Source: a virus
Taxonomy: Duplodnaviria > Caudoviricetes
Direction: 5' to 3' (one strand)
Length of the DNA: 64,000 nt
IMG/VR virus record: IMGVR_UViG_3300037692_000137
Location: 128,001-192,000 of that record
In this document: in pieces, positions 29,122-39,720 of the stretch
How the letters are laid out: each line of letters starts with the position of its first letter
How positions within the stretch are numbered: the stretch's first letter is position 1
Translations under genes and position numbers: made by a program
Notes under the pieces: model-generated
Database searches by the model: none
The model's input: the letters and a program-made list of their open reading frames with translations, nothing else
What the model was told of the DNA's origin: nothing

Positions 29122-30108
29122 TTATACAGAACGTGCTCTATGCATACATAGTATACTAGCCATTGACCAAGTATGATCCCCTGATATAGTGGTATTGGTA
29201 TCAGCTATCACTTTAAGCCTCATTCCATTACCTATTTGATCAGTGTCTGAAGAATTTAAAGCTATAAACCCACTTGCCAGTAAAGGAACCTTGTTTATAA
29301 ATCTGGCTAATGTTACTTCTACTGAAAACATGTTGTATCTACCATTACCATACGGGGCAGGGGTTATATTTTCATAACGTTTGGTTGTAGTATTCCAAGT
29401 GGCATTCCAAAAAGCTAATGGGGTATTATGTTGATCATCATCTGGTATATAAACTAAACCACCTGTATGTGTGGTTATATCTGATGTTATTGCCACTGTT
29501 CCATTACCCGCGGCCGGTACTATTAAATAACCCCCATATAAATTATAATTTGTATTAGACCCTACAATAGTAGTTGTAACTATTGGCACCATTTCAAGTG
29601 TTATTGTATCCAGCAGTGCATCTTTCCATGTAATATAACCTTCATGCAACCAAGTCTCATTTTCTACAATATTAAAGTCTATATAGATGGGTTCAGGATC
29701 TGGATCTCCTATAATATGATTAACTACTATTGGGGCGCCTCCGCCAACCATTGTTGGGTTTGTTATATCATCCCCTTCTCCAGTCCAATAAACAGCTGTT
29801 CCTAGTTTTCTAGATGTTTGATGCACCCTTAATTTACCAGACAAGTCTCTATATTCATCTACTATACTTACATTAGCAAACTCACCTAAACAGTATTTTA
29901 TGCCTTCAGTGGGCGCTAATGTTGATACGCCGTTGCTAACAGTGATGTCTCCTACGGCTATTTTAGCTACTAAAACAGCAGATTGTGTTATTTCGCGCTG
30001 GGTCAGATAGTCAGTAATAGTAATGGCACTGGAAGCAGGTATGTTAAACCCCCTTACATCTAATTCTATGTCTTCTGTTGTATTATTAGTAAGTATTATA
30101 GTAATCAT
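29122..30108 (-). CDS. Hypothetical virion protein (328 aa)
   Basis: T/G-rich beta-type ORF in the structural cluster. Confidence 0.5.
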   Translation of the reverse strand: MITIILTNNTTEDIELDVRGFNIPASSAITITDYLTQREITQSAVLVAKIAVGDITVSNGVSTLAPTEGIKYCLGEFANVSIVDEYRDLSGKLRVHQTSRKLGTAVYWTGEGDDITNPTMVGGGAPIVVNHIIGDPDPEPIYIDFNIVENETWLHEGYITWKDALLDTITLEMVPIVTTTIVGSNTNYNLYGGYLIVPAAGNGTVAITSDITTHTGGLVYIPDDDQHNTPLAFWNATWNTTTKRYENITPAPYGNGRYNMFSVEVTLARFINKVPLLASGFIALNSSDTDQIGNGMRLKVIADTNTTISGDHTWSMASILCMHRARSV

Positions 30109-30605
30109 ATATCATATCTCCAGGCAGTTTCTACACGACACACTGTGTTAGTAATGGCTGTAGAACTTTTAGCAACATACACTTGTATTTTTTCCATGGG
30201 CTCTATGTTTAAATTTAAGCTGTTGGTTAAAAACACCCTATCTGTATTACCACCATAACTAAAAGTGTATATAGTAACACTGTTTTTCTTTAACTCAAAG
30301 TCTGCATAGAGGTCGCCGGCTTTACTTCTACAAAATATACCTAAAATGGTAGAGGACCTATTAGGCATATAAACATCATCTACATCATCTAAGTCCCCTA
30401 ATAAAGGTAGATAAATCCCTTTAGCCGCACCTTTTCTTGCATATTCGAACACTGGTTTCTCAGCAGATAACCACTTGTTTCTGGCAGCGTCATAACTATA
30501 TGTTATGTTTGTAATTGGGTCTATCCATAATATATCCCCTATTGTAGGCTGGCCGCCGTAAGCCACCAGACCTTTAGTGTGTCCTTGAAAAATACCCTTT
30601 GCCAT
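30105..30605 (-). CDS. Hypothetical virion protein (166 aa)
   Basis: PTIGDILWID...YSYD....KWLS fibre-like N-terminus. Confidence 0.45.
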   Translation of the reverse strand: MAKGIFQGHTKGLVAYGGQPTIGDILWIDPITNITYSYDAARNKWLSAEKPVFEYARKGAAKGIYLPLLGDLDDVDDVYMPNRSSTILGIFCRSKAGDLYADFELKKNSVTIYTFSYGGNTDRVFLTNSLNLNIEPMEKIQVYVAKSSTAITNTVCRVETAWRYDI

Positions 30606-30607
30606 CT

Positions 30608-32569
30608 TTAAACTACCTCCGTTAATATGTCAAATGTGAGTAATAGTAAAATAGCGTCATTACTCATAGTGTCAGTAGCATTAGTACTATCTCTGTAAAC
30701 TCTAAAACTAACCGCGCTGTTTCTGTTTAAAGGGTTATTAGTATCGTTGTGTGGGATGTAGGATACACATTTTAAAAAAGTGTCCGCTGATGCATTATCA
30801 GGTATACTTTTATCTATTACCAAGGTGGATGTGATTTTATTCGCTACTACATCGAGTTCGTTGAATATTTGGTAGTCTAAAGCCCATCTGCATGCTGTTG
30901 TTCCGGTCTGTGAGTAGTCATTAAAAAAGCTTATCTTTACTAATATGTCTGTATATCTTTTCCAGTTTCCTGGTATTTCAAATGTTCCATACATAGACTC
31001 TTCTATAGTGTCATCGTAGGCTAAACCTGTTATAGGACATCCGGAAGCAGTAGTTTTATGTGGAAAGGCTGTTATACCCTCCGTTAAGCTACCGGCCCTA
31101 AATGTTAAGCTACGCACGTTATCTGCGGTTGATTTACTTATACAACATGTCTCTGCAGCGGAAGAAAAATCTAGTACAAGCTTACCAAAGTCAAGATACC
31201 GTAAGTATATGTCAGTATCTGCGGTGTTTACTTGCACTGATGGAGATGGACTCCATTCTCTACCTAAACCTTCGGTTTTAGGCCTATTCCAATAAGTAAC
31301 CGCTGCTGAGTTGGCGCCATAGTAAACGTCAGATGTTCCAAAAGCGTCCAAATTCCACATCATAGCAGAAACAAAACCAAAGTTAAATAGTTCCTGCCCT
31401 TCACCATTACTGTTGTTTATAATACCTACTGCAGCTACATTGATGTTATATTCATATCTTTTTAGGTTGGCTTTTGAACCCCTTGCAGCCCAATCAGTTT
31501 TTGATTCGTACCCGGCGGTAGAAGTGTATGAAGAAGTATTTATAGGAAAACTTTCTAAAAGACACCAGTCATTAGCAGTAAGATTTGATGTGCCTGATGT
31601 AGTATTATAGATGCTATTAGGGTAGTTTACATCATTTTCAACACCTAATATGTGATCTAAATTCCAAGCATTTACAAAGCATATTTTGGTATATGTTTTA
31701 TTATGCACATAGTCTATCCTACTATTTAACTCATCTCTAGTTACACCGTAATCGTACCCAGCTTCATCTATAAGGATACCCTCTATATTTAGAGTATCCC
31801 AATTATCTACCTTAGTTTGAAAGGCAGCAAGATCTTGATTAGCTGTTACGTAACCAAAAATTTGGGTTCTTGGGTTTAAAGCTTTGACTCTTGGTATTAT
31901 TACTTGTGCGTTTGAGTAGTCGCCGTGAGTTGGCAACTGCACACCGTCACCTAACACAACATAATTGTATTTGGCAATGTCCTGAGCCACCTTCTCGTTT
32001 GTCCAAGCATTGGTGTCAGAATTAAATGAACTTAGCCAGCCATAGTAAATAAGTAGATCCACAGGACTTGGATAAGTCCAACTTTTTATGTAATCAGTGT
32101 ACCAACCATCATCGGATAAAGCAGTATTAAGTGCCGCTAAATTATCCGCATGATTTTGTAGCATACCATTAGCACCAAGAATAGGCTGGTGGCCCTCTAT
32201 GTATAGTGGGCTATCTTCATCGTTGTATAGGTCTCTTCTATTTACTAGCACCTGCATAGGTATAAATGTACCAGATATACCAGTATAAGGGTCCACAACA
32301 ATAGCGTCATCGGTTAAAAAGTACTCTAAATCACCTATAAATTCCGTTATTGGTTGGCCAGTATGGTTAGCAATTAGAGCGTCTAACGCGTTTTTACTGT
32401 CGGCAGGCAGGGTGTCTTGATAGCATACATGTAAGTCAGAGGGCTCATTAAAGGAGAGACAGTCTAATGTACCACTGATATTAGTAGCTTGGCCTAATTC
32501 ATAGTGGAGCGTGCCTAAGTCAACAGTTGCCTTTACATAAGAATAGTCTTGCATTAAGTAACTCTCCAA
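30608..32569 (-). CDS. Virion protein with a central glycoside-hydrolase TIM barrel (spherulin-4/GH135-like) (653 aa)
   Basis: LLIYYGW, YVVLGDG, KALNPRTQIFGYV, EGILIDEAGYDYG, FVNAW, LLESF; C-terminal jelly-roll (GTFEIPGNW). Confidence 0.6.
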   Translation of the reverse strand: MESYLMQDYSYVKATVDLGTLHYELGQATNISGTLDCLSFNEPSDLHVCYQDTLPADSKNALDALIANHTGQPITEFIGDLEYFLTDDAIVVDPYTGISGTFIPMQVLVNRRDLYNDEDSPLYIEGHQPILGANGMLQNHADNLAALNTALSDDGWYTDYIKSWTYPSPVDLLIYYGWLSSFNSDTNAWTNEKVAQDIAKYNYVVLGDGVQLPTHGDYSNAQVIIPRVKALNPRTQIFGYVTANQDLAAFQTKVDNWDTLNIEGILIDEAGYDYGVTRDELNSRIDYVHNKTYTKICFVNAWNLDHILGVENDVNYPNSIYNTTSGTSNLTANDWCLLESFPINTSSYTSTAGYESKTDWAARGSKANLKRYEYNINVAAVGIINNSNGEGQELFNFGFVSAMMWNLDAFGTSDVYYGANSAAVTYWNRPKTEGLGREWSPSPSVQVNTADTDIYLRYLDFGKLVLDFSSAAETCCISKSTADNVRSLTFRAGSLTEGITAFPHKTTASGCPITGLAYDDTIEESMYGTFEIPGNWKRYTDILVKISFFNDYSQTGTTACRWALDYQIFNELDVVANKITSTLVIDKSIPDNASADTFLKCVSYIPHNDTNNPLNRNSAVSFRVYRDSTNATDTMSNDAILLLLTFDILTEVV

Positions 32570-33087
32570 ATATCAATCATTGCATTTTTTATATAAGCAA
32601 CTGTAGACCCCATAGAGCTGCTATAGTCTATAGTTATAGTCAAGGTCTGTTCCGAAGGTATACTGCCATACATAAAACCAGAAACAAGCTCGTAATAGTT
32701 CTGTTTTAATGGCGCTTGGGCTTGAGCAAAGATAGTCTGATTTATGCTTGTTCCTATTACTACTACTTGTGCATTGTATTCACTGGAGGTTTTATTCTGT
32801 GCCCATTGATAACTAAAGCCTACCCTATAATTACCTATAGGTAAAGTATTAGTGGTCAAAGTAAGCTTATTTTGCCAGCTAGTGCTTGTAGTAGAGCTAA
32901 CCGTGTCAGATATACCATTACTAAAGCTTGACCCAAAGTTAATATTACTTACCGGGTTAAGTAGTATGTTGGATACACCATCACCAATAAATAATTCTTT
33001 TGTGTCTGTAGCAAAGCCTAGCTCTGCTAAATCTAACGCTGGTAAGGTAGCTTTACTCCCACGTTTTATTTTTATCTTGGAGGACAT
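32554..33087 (-). CDS. Fibre protein with Mtd_N-like N-terminal domain (177 aa)
   Basis: KIKIKRGSKATLPALDLAELGFATDTKELFIGDG. Confidence 0.65.
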   Translation of the reverse strand: MSSKIKIKRGSKATLPALDLAELGFATDTKELFIGDGVSNILLNPVSNINFGSSFSNGISDTVSSTTSTSWQNKLTLTTNTLPIGNYRVGFSYQWAQNKTSSEYNAQVVVIGTSINQTIFAQAQAPLKQNYYELVSGFMYGSIPSEQTLTITIDYSSSMGSTVAYIKNAMIDIWRVT

Positions 33088-33105
33088 GTCATCCCTTTAA
33101 GCGTA

Positions 33106-34263
33106 TTATGCGAACGTTCCGCCGTCCACTAGAGCTACCTTTATAATTCCATTAGTATGTGTTAAGGAACTATTATCCACTACAACACCCACACCATTAG
33201 CCGTGACCGATACTGGAGCAACGGTGGCGCCAGTTGTGCTGTCAGCAGCTACAGCTATGGTTGTACCATTACCCCCTGTTAACCCATTACCTTGACTACC
33301 TATGCGTATATTGTTTGAGGCGTCCTCAGATAAACCAGTGCCTATTATATCAGTTACGTCAACCGATATTGAATCAGCAGCAACGTCTATACCATCACCA
33401 GCCCCTACGTTAAGTGTATTAAGTAGTTTTGTTAAACCATCACCAGCTGTAACACCACTTAGGCCGCCGAATTCAGCCCAACTTGACCCATCAAAACGTT
33501 GGTAAGTATTAGAAGCTCTATCCCAAGTAAGTGCACCCTCACCTGCCACAGAAACATCGTATGACACAACAAAAGCCGTGCCATTATATTCCACTATATC
33601 GTTATTACCTAAACCAGTGATTGTTCCAAAATTAGCATGTAGGGTAGACGCTACTGTTATTATGTAACGTGCGCCGGCTGCGGGGGAGGCTCCTGGATCT
33701 AAGGTAGCATCTGTTTGTATATCAAGAACGTCTGGCTGAAAGTCCATTCCGGATATTGCTGATTCAATCTCTGAATTAATTTTACTAGCTGACCACAAAT
33801 CTGTAGTAGCTGTACCAGAGTCATTGATAGCCCTATGTATTGTTACATCATCTAGGTGTGTGCTTAGTACTGTTCCTGTAATTGTGCCTGATGTAACTGT
33901 GTCATATAGTTGAGTTACCCTCCCGCTATCTAACTCTGAGGCTAGTACTCTAGCATAGGTGGTGCCGTCAGTGATATCATCCAAATCTGATACACCTGAT
34001 AACACCCAAGCGGCACCGTTATCAACATAAGTGTCGCCTGTATCTGAGGCATGGAATAGCCTACCTGATACACCTGCCACTGGTCTGCTGGATAAAATAT
34101 CTACTACCACCCTACCAACTAGATAAGCACTTGTCCCATCAGACACAAATACTTCTTTAGTATCAGTAGTAAAACCTAATTCACCGCTGGCCATAGGTGT
34201 ACCAGACATTAATGTGTCTAGCTGTGCTTTTGTGCCTCTACGTAGTTTAATTATTGCTGCCAT
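33106..34263 (-). CDS. Fibre protein with Mtd_N-like N-terminal domain (385 aa)
   Basis: IIKLRRGT...GELGFTTDTKEVFVSDG; AGDGL/GDGI shaft-like repeats; ends DGGTFA. Confidence 0.65.
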   Translation of the reverse strand: MAAIIKLRRGTKAQLDTLMSGTPMASGELGFTTDTKEVFVSDGTSAYLVGRVVVDILSSRPVAGVSGRLFHASDTGDTYVDNGAAWVLSGVSDLDDITDGTTYARVLASELDSGRVTQLYDTVTSGTITGTVLSTHLDDVTIHRAINDSGTATTDLWSASKINSEIESAISGMDFQPDVLDIQTDATLDPGASPAAGARYIITVASTLHANFGTITGLGNNDIVEYNGTAFVVSYDVSVAGEGALTWDRASNTYQRFDGSSWAEFGGLSGVTAGDGLTKLLNTLNVGAGDGIDVAADSISVDVTDIIGTGLSEDASNNIRIGSQGNGLTGGNGTTIAVAADSTTGATVAPVSVTANGVGVVVDNSSLTHTNGIIKVALVDGGTFA

Positions 34264-34273
34264 TAGTTATCTC

Positions 34274-34546
34274 CTAAGTAAAAGTGCCGCCGTCAATAGT
34301 GTTGGTGTATTCAATACCAGTTTCATCTTCTTTAATCACAAGATATTTACCTGCTTGACCAGCATAGGATATTGGTGTATCTATAAGATCTATGAAAGAC
34401 ATACTCTCTATTCTGTCAATTAATTCACCAGACACTGTAATTATTTTATTATGTATGGTTCCTGATATTACATCATTTGCGAACTCTTGTTCTGACAAAA
34501 AATCATAGTCGTCTACTTGCTCCTCTCTTATTCTACTTCTAGCCAT
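34274..34546 (-). CDS. Small virion/fibre protein (90 aa)
   Basis: FIDLIDTPISYAGQAGKYLVIK motif common in phage fibres; ends DGGTFT like the downstream gene. Confidence 0.55.
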   Translation of the reverse strand: MARSRIREEQVDDYDFLSEQEFANDVISGTIHNKIITVSGELIDRIESMSFIDLIDTPISYAGQAGKYLVIKEDETGIEYTNTIDGGTFT

Positions 34547-34815
34547 TATTGGTAAACCTCGTAGTGGGCTTTTAAAACGTCGGTTACATCTGGAGCAATA
34601 GCTGTGAATGTTATCTGTGTGGTTGTGTTTTCTATAAAGTCATCTGGACTATATAAGGACTGCCCGTTGTAGTCTATCACTATTTTGCCGTATTTAAAGG
34701 CTGTTGTAGTGCTAAATATCCTATTAATACCATTCTGAATACCTATGAGTGCTTCAGCAAGTTTAATATAAGAAGTCTTTTTTACTTTTCTAAGAATTAT
34801 CATAATAAACCCCAA
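34546..34815 (-). CDS. Small beta-sandwich virion protein (89 aa)
   Basis: G..NG.N..F...YNGQ...DDF.E....ITF pattern. Confidence 0.55.
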   Translation of the reverse strand: MGFIMIILRKVKKTSYIKLAEALIGIQNGINRIFSTTTAFKYGKIVIDYNGQSLYSPDDFIENTTTQITFTAIAPDVTDVLKAHYEVYQ

Positions 34816-34881
34816 GTGGTAGTAGCCGGGCTAAAGCCTAAGTAAGGCCTTAACCCAGGCGTAATAACCATAAAATAGTTG

Positions 34882-35286
34882 CTATTCGACAGAATTGTCA
34901 AGCACTTCATCAACTAAGTCGCTATCAATATCTTCGGACATCGTGGTGTCGTCTGTTAAAGTAGTATCATTTTCTAAGTCAATATTGTCCTCTATAATGA
35001 CTCCACGTAATTTAGCCATTGTATTTTGTCTAGCCTTATCACGTTCAGCAGCGCGAATGATGCTGTCTACCAGGTCAACAATTATTTTCTCATTAGCCCT
35101 TAATTGGCCAAGTTCACCTTGTAACAAACTAAGCTGTCTTTGTTTCTTTTCAACTTCTTGTCTAAAACGTTCAATTAAAGTTACTACAAAACCAGCTTCA
35201 GATCGTGACATTAACTTCTCTTCTTCTGCTTTCATCATAACTTTACGAAGTCTGTTTCTCTCATCTCTATCCTGTACACCTTCCAT
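34882..35286 (-). CDS. Coiled-coil hypothetical protein (134 aa)
   Basis: AAGGAG RBS; heptad-like central region, acidic tail. Confidence 0.6.
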   Translation of the reverse strand: MEGVQDRDERNRLRKVMMKAEEEKLMSRSEAGFVVTLIERFRQEVEKKQRQLSLLQGELGQLRANEKIIVDLVDSIIRAAERDKARQNTMAKLRGVIIEDNIDLENDTTLTDDTTMSEDIDSDLVDEVLDNSVE

Positions 35287-35322
35287 AATAAATCTCCTTT
35301 ATTCCGTTTGTATTAATTATGA

Positions 35323-35346
35323 AAGGAGGGGCTTACGCCCCTCCTT
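35323..35346 (-). terminator. Hairpin/terminator after the 501-aa virion protein gene
   Basis: AAGGAGGGGC-GTAA-GCCCCTCCTT perfect 10-bp stem. Confidence 0.7.
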
Positions 35347-35357
35347 ATTTTACATCA

Positions 35358-36863
35358 TTACTGTTTAACTACATAAGTGATATTTCTACCTGGTTGTATA
35401 TTAAATCTAAAAGTAATACTAGAAGTAGAAGTTTCAGCATAGTCACGATCAGCGTTAACCCCCGCTGCGCCTGTATCGGCCGCAAGCAACTGACCATCTA
35501 CGTACACGTCCATATTAGCACCTTCCTGGCCGGCAGTAGCTACTGGTGTATAGGTTATACTATAAGGCAGTGTATGGGCTGTATTAAAATCAATTTGTGT
35601 ATCAACAGATTCTACATATTTAGCTCCAGATGTGGCATCAAGGGAGTCTTGTAGTGTATTAAGAGCACCATCTAAAGTACTAATAGCATCTACTAGATTA
35701 GAACCGTCAGCCACGTAGTAGTTGTTAGTGAAATCAACTGTACCTGAAGAGGTAGCACCAACAGCCCCCTGTAGATCTGATACGTCACTATTAATATTAA
35801 ATATAGAGGTATCAATACCACCAATATCTGCTACGATGCTTGAAATGTCACCATCATTGGATATAATGGCTTCACTTAAAGCGTCCAAAGAGACTGTGAT
35901 GTCTTCACCATCAGTAAGATAGGTAGCGGTAGTGTAAGTCGCGTCACCAATACCAGTATTTAATGCGTCAATAGCAGATTTTAAACTGGTTGGTGAGGCG
36001 TTTAACAGATAGTTACCTGTAATACTATCCCAAGGAGTAGCACTACCATCATTATCTGTAGCACCAGTGAATGTCCAGATGTTGTGGATATCCTCAACAA
36101 GCTCAACGTCGCCTTCCCATGAGCTAACAAAGTCTGTACGTAGCCACTCATACTCTGACATTTCAGACATTAGTTTACGGTAAGGATACACGAAAGCTAC
36201 GGCTGCGGGAACGGCCCCTTCCAAAGTAGATAGGTCTGTAGCAACACCGTCAGCATAAAATTTGGCATACACATCGGTACCAGCACCTGTACCGCCGAAA
36301 TCAGCGCCGTCATGGAACTTAGCATAAATAGTATTACCGCTAGCATCCTGCATTTCATTGCCGGTATCCAGATTAATAACATCAACTCTAACTACTCTGT
36401 CAAGACCGCCCTCGTCAAAATAGCTACCAGCATTAGCTGTACTAGCAAAAATAGGTAAACCACGTCTGTCAGTAGGTGTAGCATAGGCCGTAGTTGCGAA
36501 AATAAGTGCGCCTGCGGTAGTACCGGATACGGTATAGCCAGCACCAGAATTATCCTCTGACACAGCTAAAATTACCGTCTTAGCGTCTAGGGTGTTATTT
36601 TTAATGTTTGTAAGATTAAGATCTTTATTGGCAGCGCTTCCAGCGTCAGTATTAGACGGGTCAAAGTAGTTGCCCAAATCTCCGAACCAATCGGAAGTAC
36701 CTTTTAACTCTTTTACCAAGGTGCGCATAACGTTTAAATCTTGTTCAAGTGAACCGGATACAGTGGGCTCGGCTACACCTGCTGTATAAACACTAGTTAC
36801 AGCATCATCATAAGTCGCTGAACGTCGAATTTGTTCTAGTTGTCTAAGTAAACTTCTAGCCAT
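35358..36863 (-). CDS. Abundant virion fibre/collar-like protein (501 aa)
   Basis: GGAGG RBS, own terminator, acidic A/D/T-rich, coiled-coil segments, C-terminal VYVDGQ...DYAE...ITF beta-sandwich. Confidence 0.55.
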   Translation of the reverse strand: MARSLLRQLEQIRRSATYDDAVTSVYTAGVAEPTVSGSLEQDLNVMRTLVKELKGTSDWFGDLGNYFDPSNTDAGSAANKDLNLTNIKNNTLDAKTVILAVSEDNSGAGYTVSGTTAGALIFATTAYATPTDRRGLPIFASTANAGSYFDEGGLDRVVRVDVINLDTGNEMQDASGNTIYAKFHDGADFGGTGAGTDVYAKFYADGVATDLSTLEGAVPAAVAFVYPYRKLMSEMSEYEWLRTDFVSSWEGDVELVEDIHNIWTFTGATDNDGSATPWDSITGNYLLNASPTSLKSAIDALNTGIGDATYTTATYLTDGEDITVSLDALSEAIISNDGDISSIVADIGGIDTSIFNINSDVSDLQGAVGATSSGTVDFTNNYYVADGSNLVDAISTLDGALNTLQDSLDATSGAKYVESVDTQIDFNTAHTLPYSITYTPVATAGQEGANMDVYVDGQLLAADTGAAGVNADRDYAETSTSSITFRFNIQPGRNITYVVKQ

Positions 36864-36939
36864 AGTATGTTTCCTCCAAAGTTGTATAAATTGTTAGACG
36901 CCAGCGTAGATTAGTTCAAAAACCTAGTAGAATTTTATA

Positions 36940-37443
36940 CTACCTGGCCATTTTTAATTCTGTAATACGTTTTCTCAAAACGCGACAAAGGCTGTCTTTG
37001 TTTGCCAATGAAGAAGCCTGTTGAAGAGCATACTGTAGAAGCTTTACATCTGTTAGTTGTGGCATCATATCTCTTGCCTTTCTAACTGGAAGTCCTACTA
37101 AATCAGAGACCGATATCCCTTTGGGCACTAATGGAGCTACATGGTCTGTTTTTCTATCGTTAACTTTACTTTCTTCTTTTACTACACCTTCTACAGTGTT
37201 ATTTACTTCAACGGCCACTTCGGGGATGACTCTTGTTCCGTCATCGTAAACTATTTTCCATCTGTTAGGATCACGTAATTTTATAGATTTTAACCATTCT
37301 ACAAAAGGTACACCCTCCTCTATAGCGTGCTTACTGCCATATTGTTTATACAGTTCGTCCAAATCAATTTTACCGCCGGGCCTGATAGCACGTTTCATAG
37401 CGTGGGCCCACCCAGATGTAATATTTTGCACATAACCAATCAT
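36940..37443 (-). CDS. Hypothetical protein (167 aa)
   Basis: AAGGAG RBS; ORF downstream of the capsid cluster. Confidence 0.6.
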   Translation of the reverse strand: MIGYVQNITSGWAHAMKRAIRPGGKIDLDELYKQYGSKHAIEEGVPFVEWLKSIKLRDPNRWKIVYDDGTRVIPEVAVEVNNTVEGVVKEESKVNDRKTDHVAPLVPKGISVSDLVGLPVRKARDMMPQLTDVKLLQYALQQASSLANKDSLCRVLRKRITELKMAR

Positions 37444-37493
37444 AGTAATCTCCTTTTCTTTTAGTTTGCCTTTTCCTGTAGTTTACCTTAATT

Positions 37494-37817
37494 CTAGTTG
37501 TGCTTATTAATTCTATCAATAATGAAGTGTAGTACGTTAGCCATTCTATGTATAATTAATGGAAATAAAATACTAACAAAAATACTCCCTTTATCTAATG
37601 GTAGTCCATAAACAGATAAGTATAATATGTAGGCTATCCAGACAGAACTACAGTAACCACAATCTAGTAACTCATGTAAAAATTTACATGCTTTATAATC
37701 CCGTCTAATAAAGAAAAACTTTCTTACTGGTTCAAATATGCTAGACTTGACTAAAAGCTCTGTTATAGCTTCAGTTAGTATAATTAAAAGTGATATAAGT
37801 AAAAAATTTATCTTCAT
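37494..37817 (-). CDS. Small membrane protein, DUF1360-like (107 aa)
   Basis: Hydrophobic helices and ELLDCGYCSSVW motif. Confidence 0.6.
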   Translation of the reverse strand: MKINFLLISLLIILTEAITELLVKSSIFEPVRKFFFIRRDYKACKFLHELLDCGYCSSVWIAYILYLSVYGLPLDKGSIFVSILFPLIIHRMANVLHFIIDRINKHN

Positions 37818-37863
37818 TCTATATATATAAATAGGTTACTTAATTATTGAATTTGTATAACGT

Positions 37864-37907
37864 AAAATACCTCATACCTAGATCATAAATCTAAGTATGA
37901 GGTATTT
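37864..37907 (-). terminator. Long hairpin downstream of the major capsid gene
   Basis: aaatacctcatac(c)tagat-cataa-atcta(a)gtatgaggtattt inverted repeat. Confidence 0.65.
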
Positions 37908-37922
37908 ATATAACAACAACTA

Positions 37923-38993
37923 TTACAGAGAACGATCTATGATACCCATACCTAACATACGGCTATCAAGACATGCGAACCCAATTTCCGCCCAACCAAA
38001 AAAGCCTTGTTTCTGGACACGGAGTAAAACAGGATCTTCAATAGCTTCGTAATCTTTTCTAATTGGCATTACAAGAGAGTCATTTACAGACATATCAAAG
38101 CCATAAATCTGAGTCTCGCCAAGTGTGGCTACTGTACCGTCAGCCGCAGTGACATTACCATGCTCTAACGTATAGGAGTTATACTGGTTGCTACTATCAG
38201 CAATAAACTTACCATAAGCGGCAGTATTGTCGTTGATGTTGTAAAGACCAGTGGCGCCCAGGTGTTGTACTTCATGTAGCGTAACATTCCAAATACGGCC
38301 CATGCCAGCTGCCTGAAAAATTTCTCTACGTGTTACTGGATCGATGTCAGTTTCTGTCCACTCACGGATGTCAGCAGCGTCTTCTGGTGATACATAAAGA
38401 TCAGTAAGTGTACGACCTGTACGTTTGAAACCAACCATCATTTTATTGATAAGTTCTTTAGACAAGTAGCCTGCACCAGTTGAGCCGGGTGAAATCTCAT
38501 AGATAGGAGCAGGTCTTGAACCAAGCAGACCTTTACCTGAAAAAGACGAAGTAGCGGCAGGTACAATTACGCGCCAGCCACACTCTTCTTCAAAGTTTGC
38601 CAAGTCTTTAGCTGCGCGGGCGGCGGCTCGCTGAGGAATATCAATACGTGAATCCCTTGCGTAGGTTATTTTCCAGTCGCCAGCGGCAGATATACTAAAA
38701 GTAGGTACATATACTTCTTCGCCGATACCCTCAATGAAGTTCTGGGCGATATAACCAAGACCAGGGAGAACCCAAACAGGGATCTCAAAGTCTTCTGCTA
38801 CAGGATAAACAGCCTGTGCACCTGCAGCAAGACGCTCGACTGTGAACATCTGACGCATAATTGACTCTAACTCAATTTTTTGCAAAATCGGTGTAGTCAA
38901 AGCAGCAGCGAACGCTCTATAAGCGGCCAGACCTTCTGCAGTCTGCACATTAGCTGTGGCCTTAAAAAGTTCTTGCATTTCATGTTTTTCCAT
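37923..38993 (-). CDS. Major capsid protein, HK97-fold (356 aa)
   Basis: After protease/scaffold/decoration genes; P-domain-like LYVSPEDAADIREW; strong AAGGAG RBS; terminator downstream. Confidence 0.85.
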   Translation of the reverse strand: MEKHEMQELFKATANVQTAEGLAAYRAFAAALTTPILQKIELESIMRQMFTVERLAAGAQAVYPVAEDFEIPVWVLPGLGYIAQNFIEGIGEEVYVPTFSISAAGDWKITYARDSRIDIPQRAAARAAKDLANFEEECGWRVIVPAATSSFSGKGLLGSRPAPIYEISPGSTGAGYLSKELINKMMVGFKRTGRTLTDLYVSPEDAADIREWTETDIDPVTRREIFQAAGMGRIWNVTLHEVQHLGATGLYNINDNTAAYGKFIADSSNQYNSYTLEHGNVTAADGTVATLGETQIYGFDMSVNDSLVMPIRKDYEAIEDPVLLRVQKQGFFGWAEIGFACLDSRMLGMGIIDRSL

Positions 38994-39060
38994 GATTTAT
39001 TTGCTCCTTTAAATATTTATTTTCGGAAGTACTAATTTACTTTAATCCGATTTAACTTTA

Positions 39061-39696
39061 TTAGATTAATAGTTTTATTCTAATAGGGTACATAACAGTG
39101 TTGTCGATATTAGCCTGACATTTAGCAACGCTAGCGCCCTTAACTACACGCGCTACAACAGTAGTGTTACCAGTACATCTAGCACCAGTAGTGACATCTG
39201 TGGTGCCGTCTGAATTAGCAGTACTGTTTGTTACTTTAGCCTCATCGGCAGCTGCAAACAGCGCTAGACCAGGAGTCATGGCGGTTTGAACAACACCCGC
39301 AGCCATGGTACATGTATAATGTACTGTATCCCAAATACCTAAATGCGCTACACCAACAGGAACTTCTTTCGTACCAGTAATAACACCGGCAGAGCTATAA
39401 GTAGGCTGAGCAATAGCGTCGCTTGAACCTAGGTCACCTGGCATAGCATAACCAGCAGGATGAACCTGATGATAGCCAGTCTTAACTTTCTGCATGATAA
39501 AACCAAAAGGTACTTCAGCAGCAGCAGTATGTGACATCTTAATAACCTCTGCTTCCTGATTTACAGCAGTAGGGTTCAAATATACAACAGAGCCTGCGTA
39601 TGCAACTACACCACCAACACCAGCGGAGCCGGTTGCTGTTTGAGCTGCATATTTACAGAATTGATTTTCTACTACGGAGTGTCTTGGTATAAACAT
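39061..39696 (-). CDS. Capsid decoration/cement protein (211 aa)
   Basis: Between scaffold and capsid genes; PFGF...V, G.WDT, PG..L.A beta-tulip-like pattern. Confidence 0.6.
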   Translation of the reverse strand: MFIPRHSVVENQFCKYAAQTATGSAGVGGVVAYAGSVVYLNPTAVNQEAEVIKMSHTAAAEVPFGFIMQKVKTGYHQVHPAGYAMPGDLGSSDAIAQPTYSSAGVITGTKEVPVGVAHLGIWDTVHYTCTMAAGVVQTAMTPGLALFAAADEAKVTNSTANSDGTTDVTTGARCTGNTTVVARVVKGASVAKCQANIDNTVMYPIRIKLLI

Positions 39697-39720
39697 ATCT
39701 ATTTGCCTCCTTACCTCTAA

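Noticed and set aside
32554-34263. Diversity-generating retroelement suggested by Mtd_N-like domains
   Set aside because: No reverse transcriptase and no template/variable repeat pair seen in the window.
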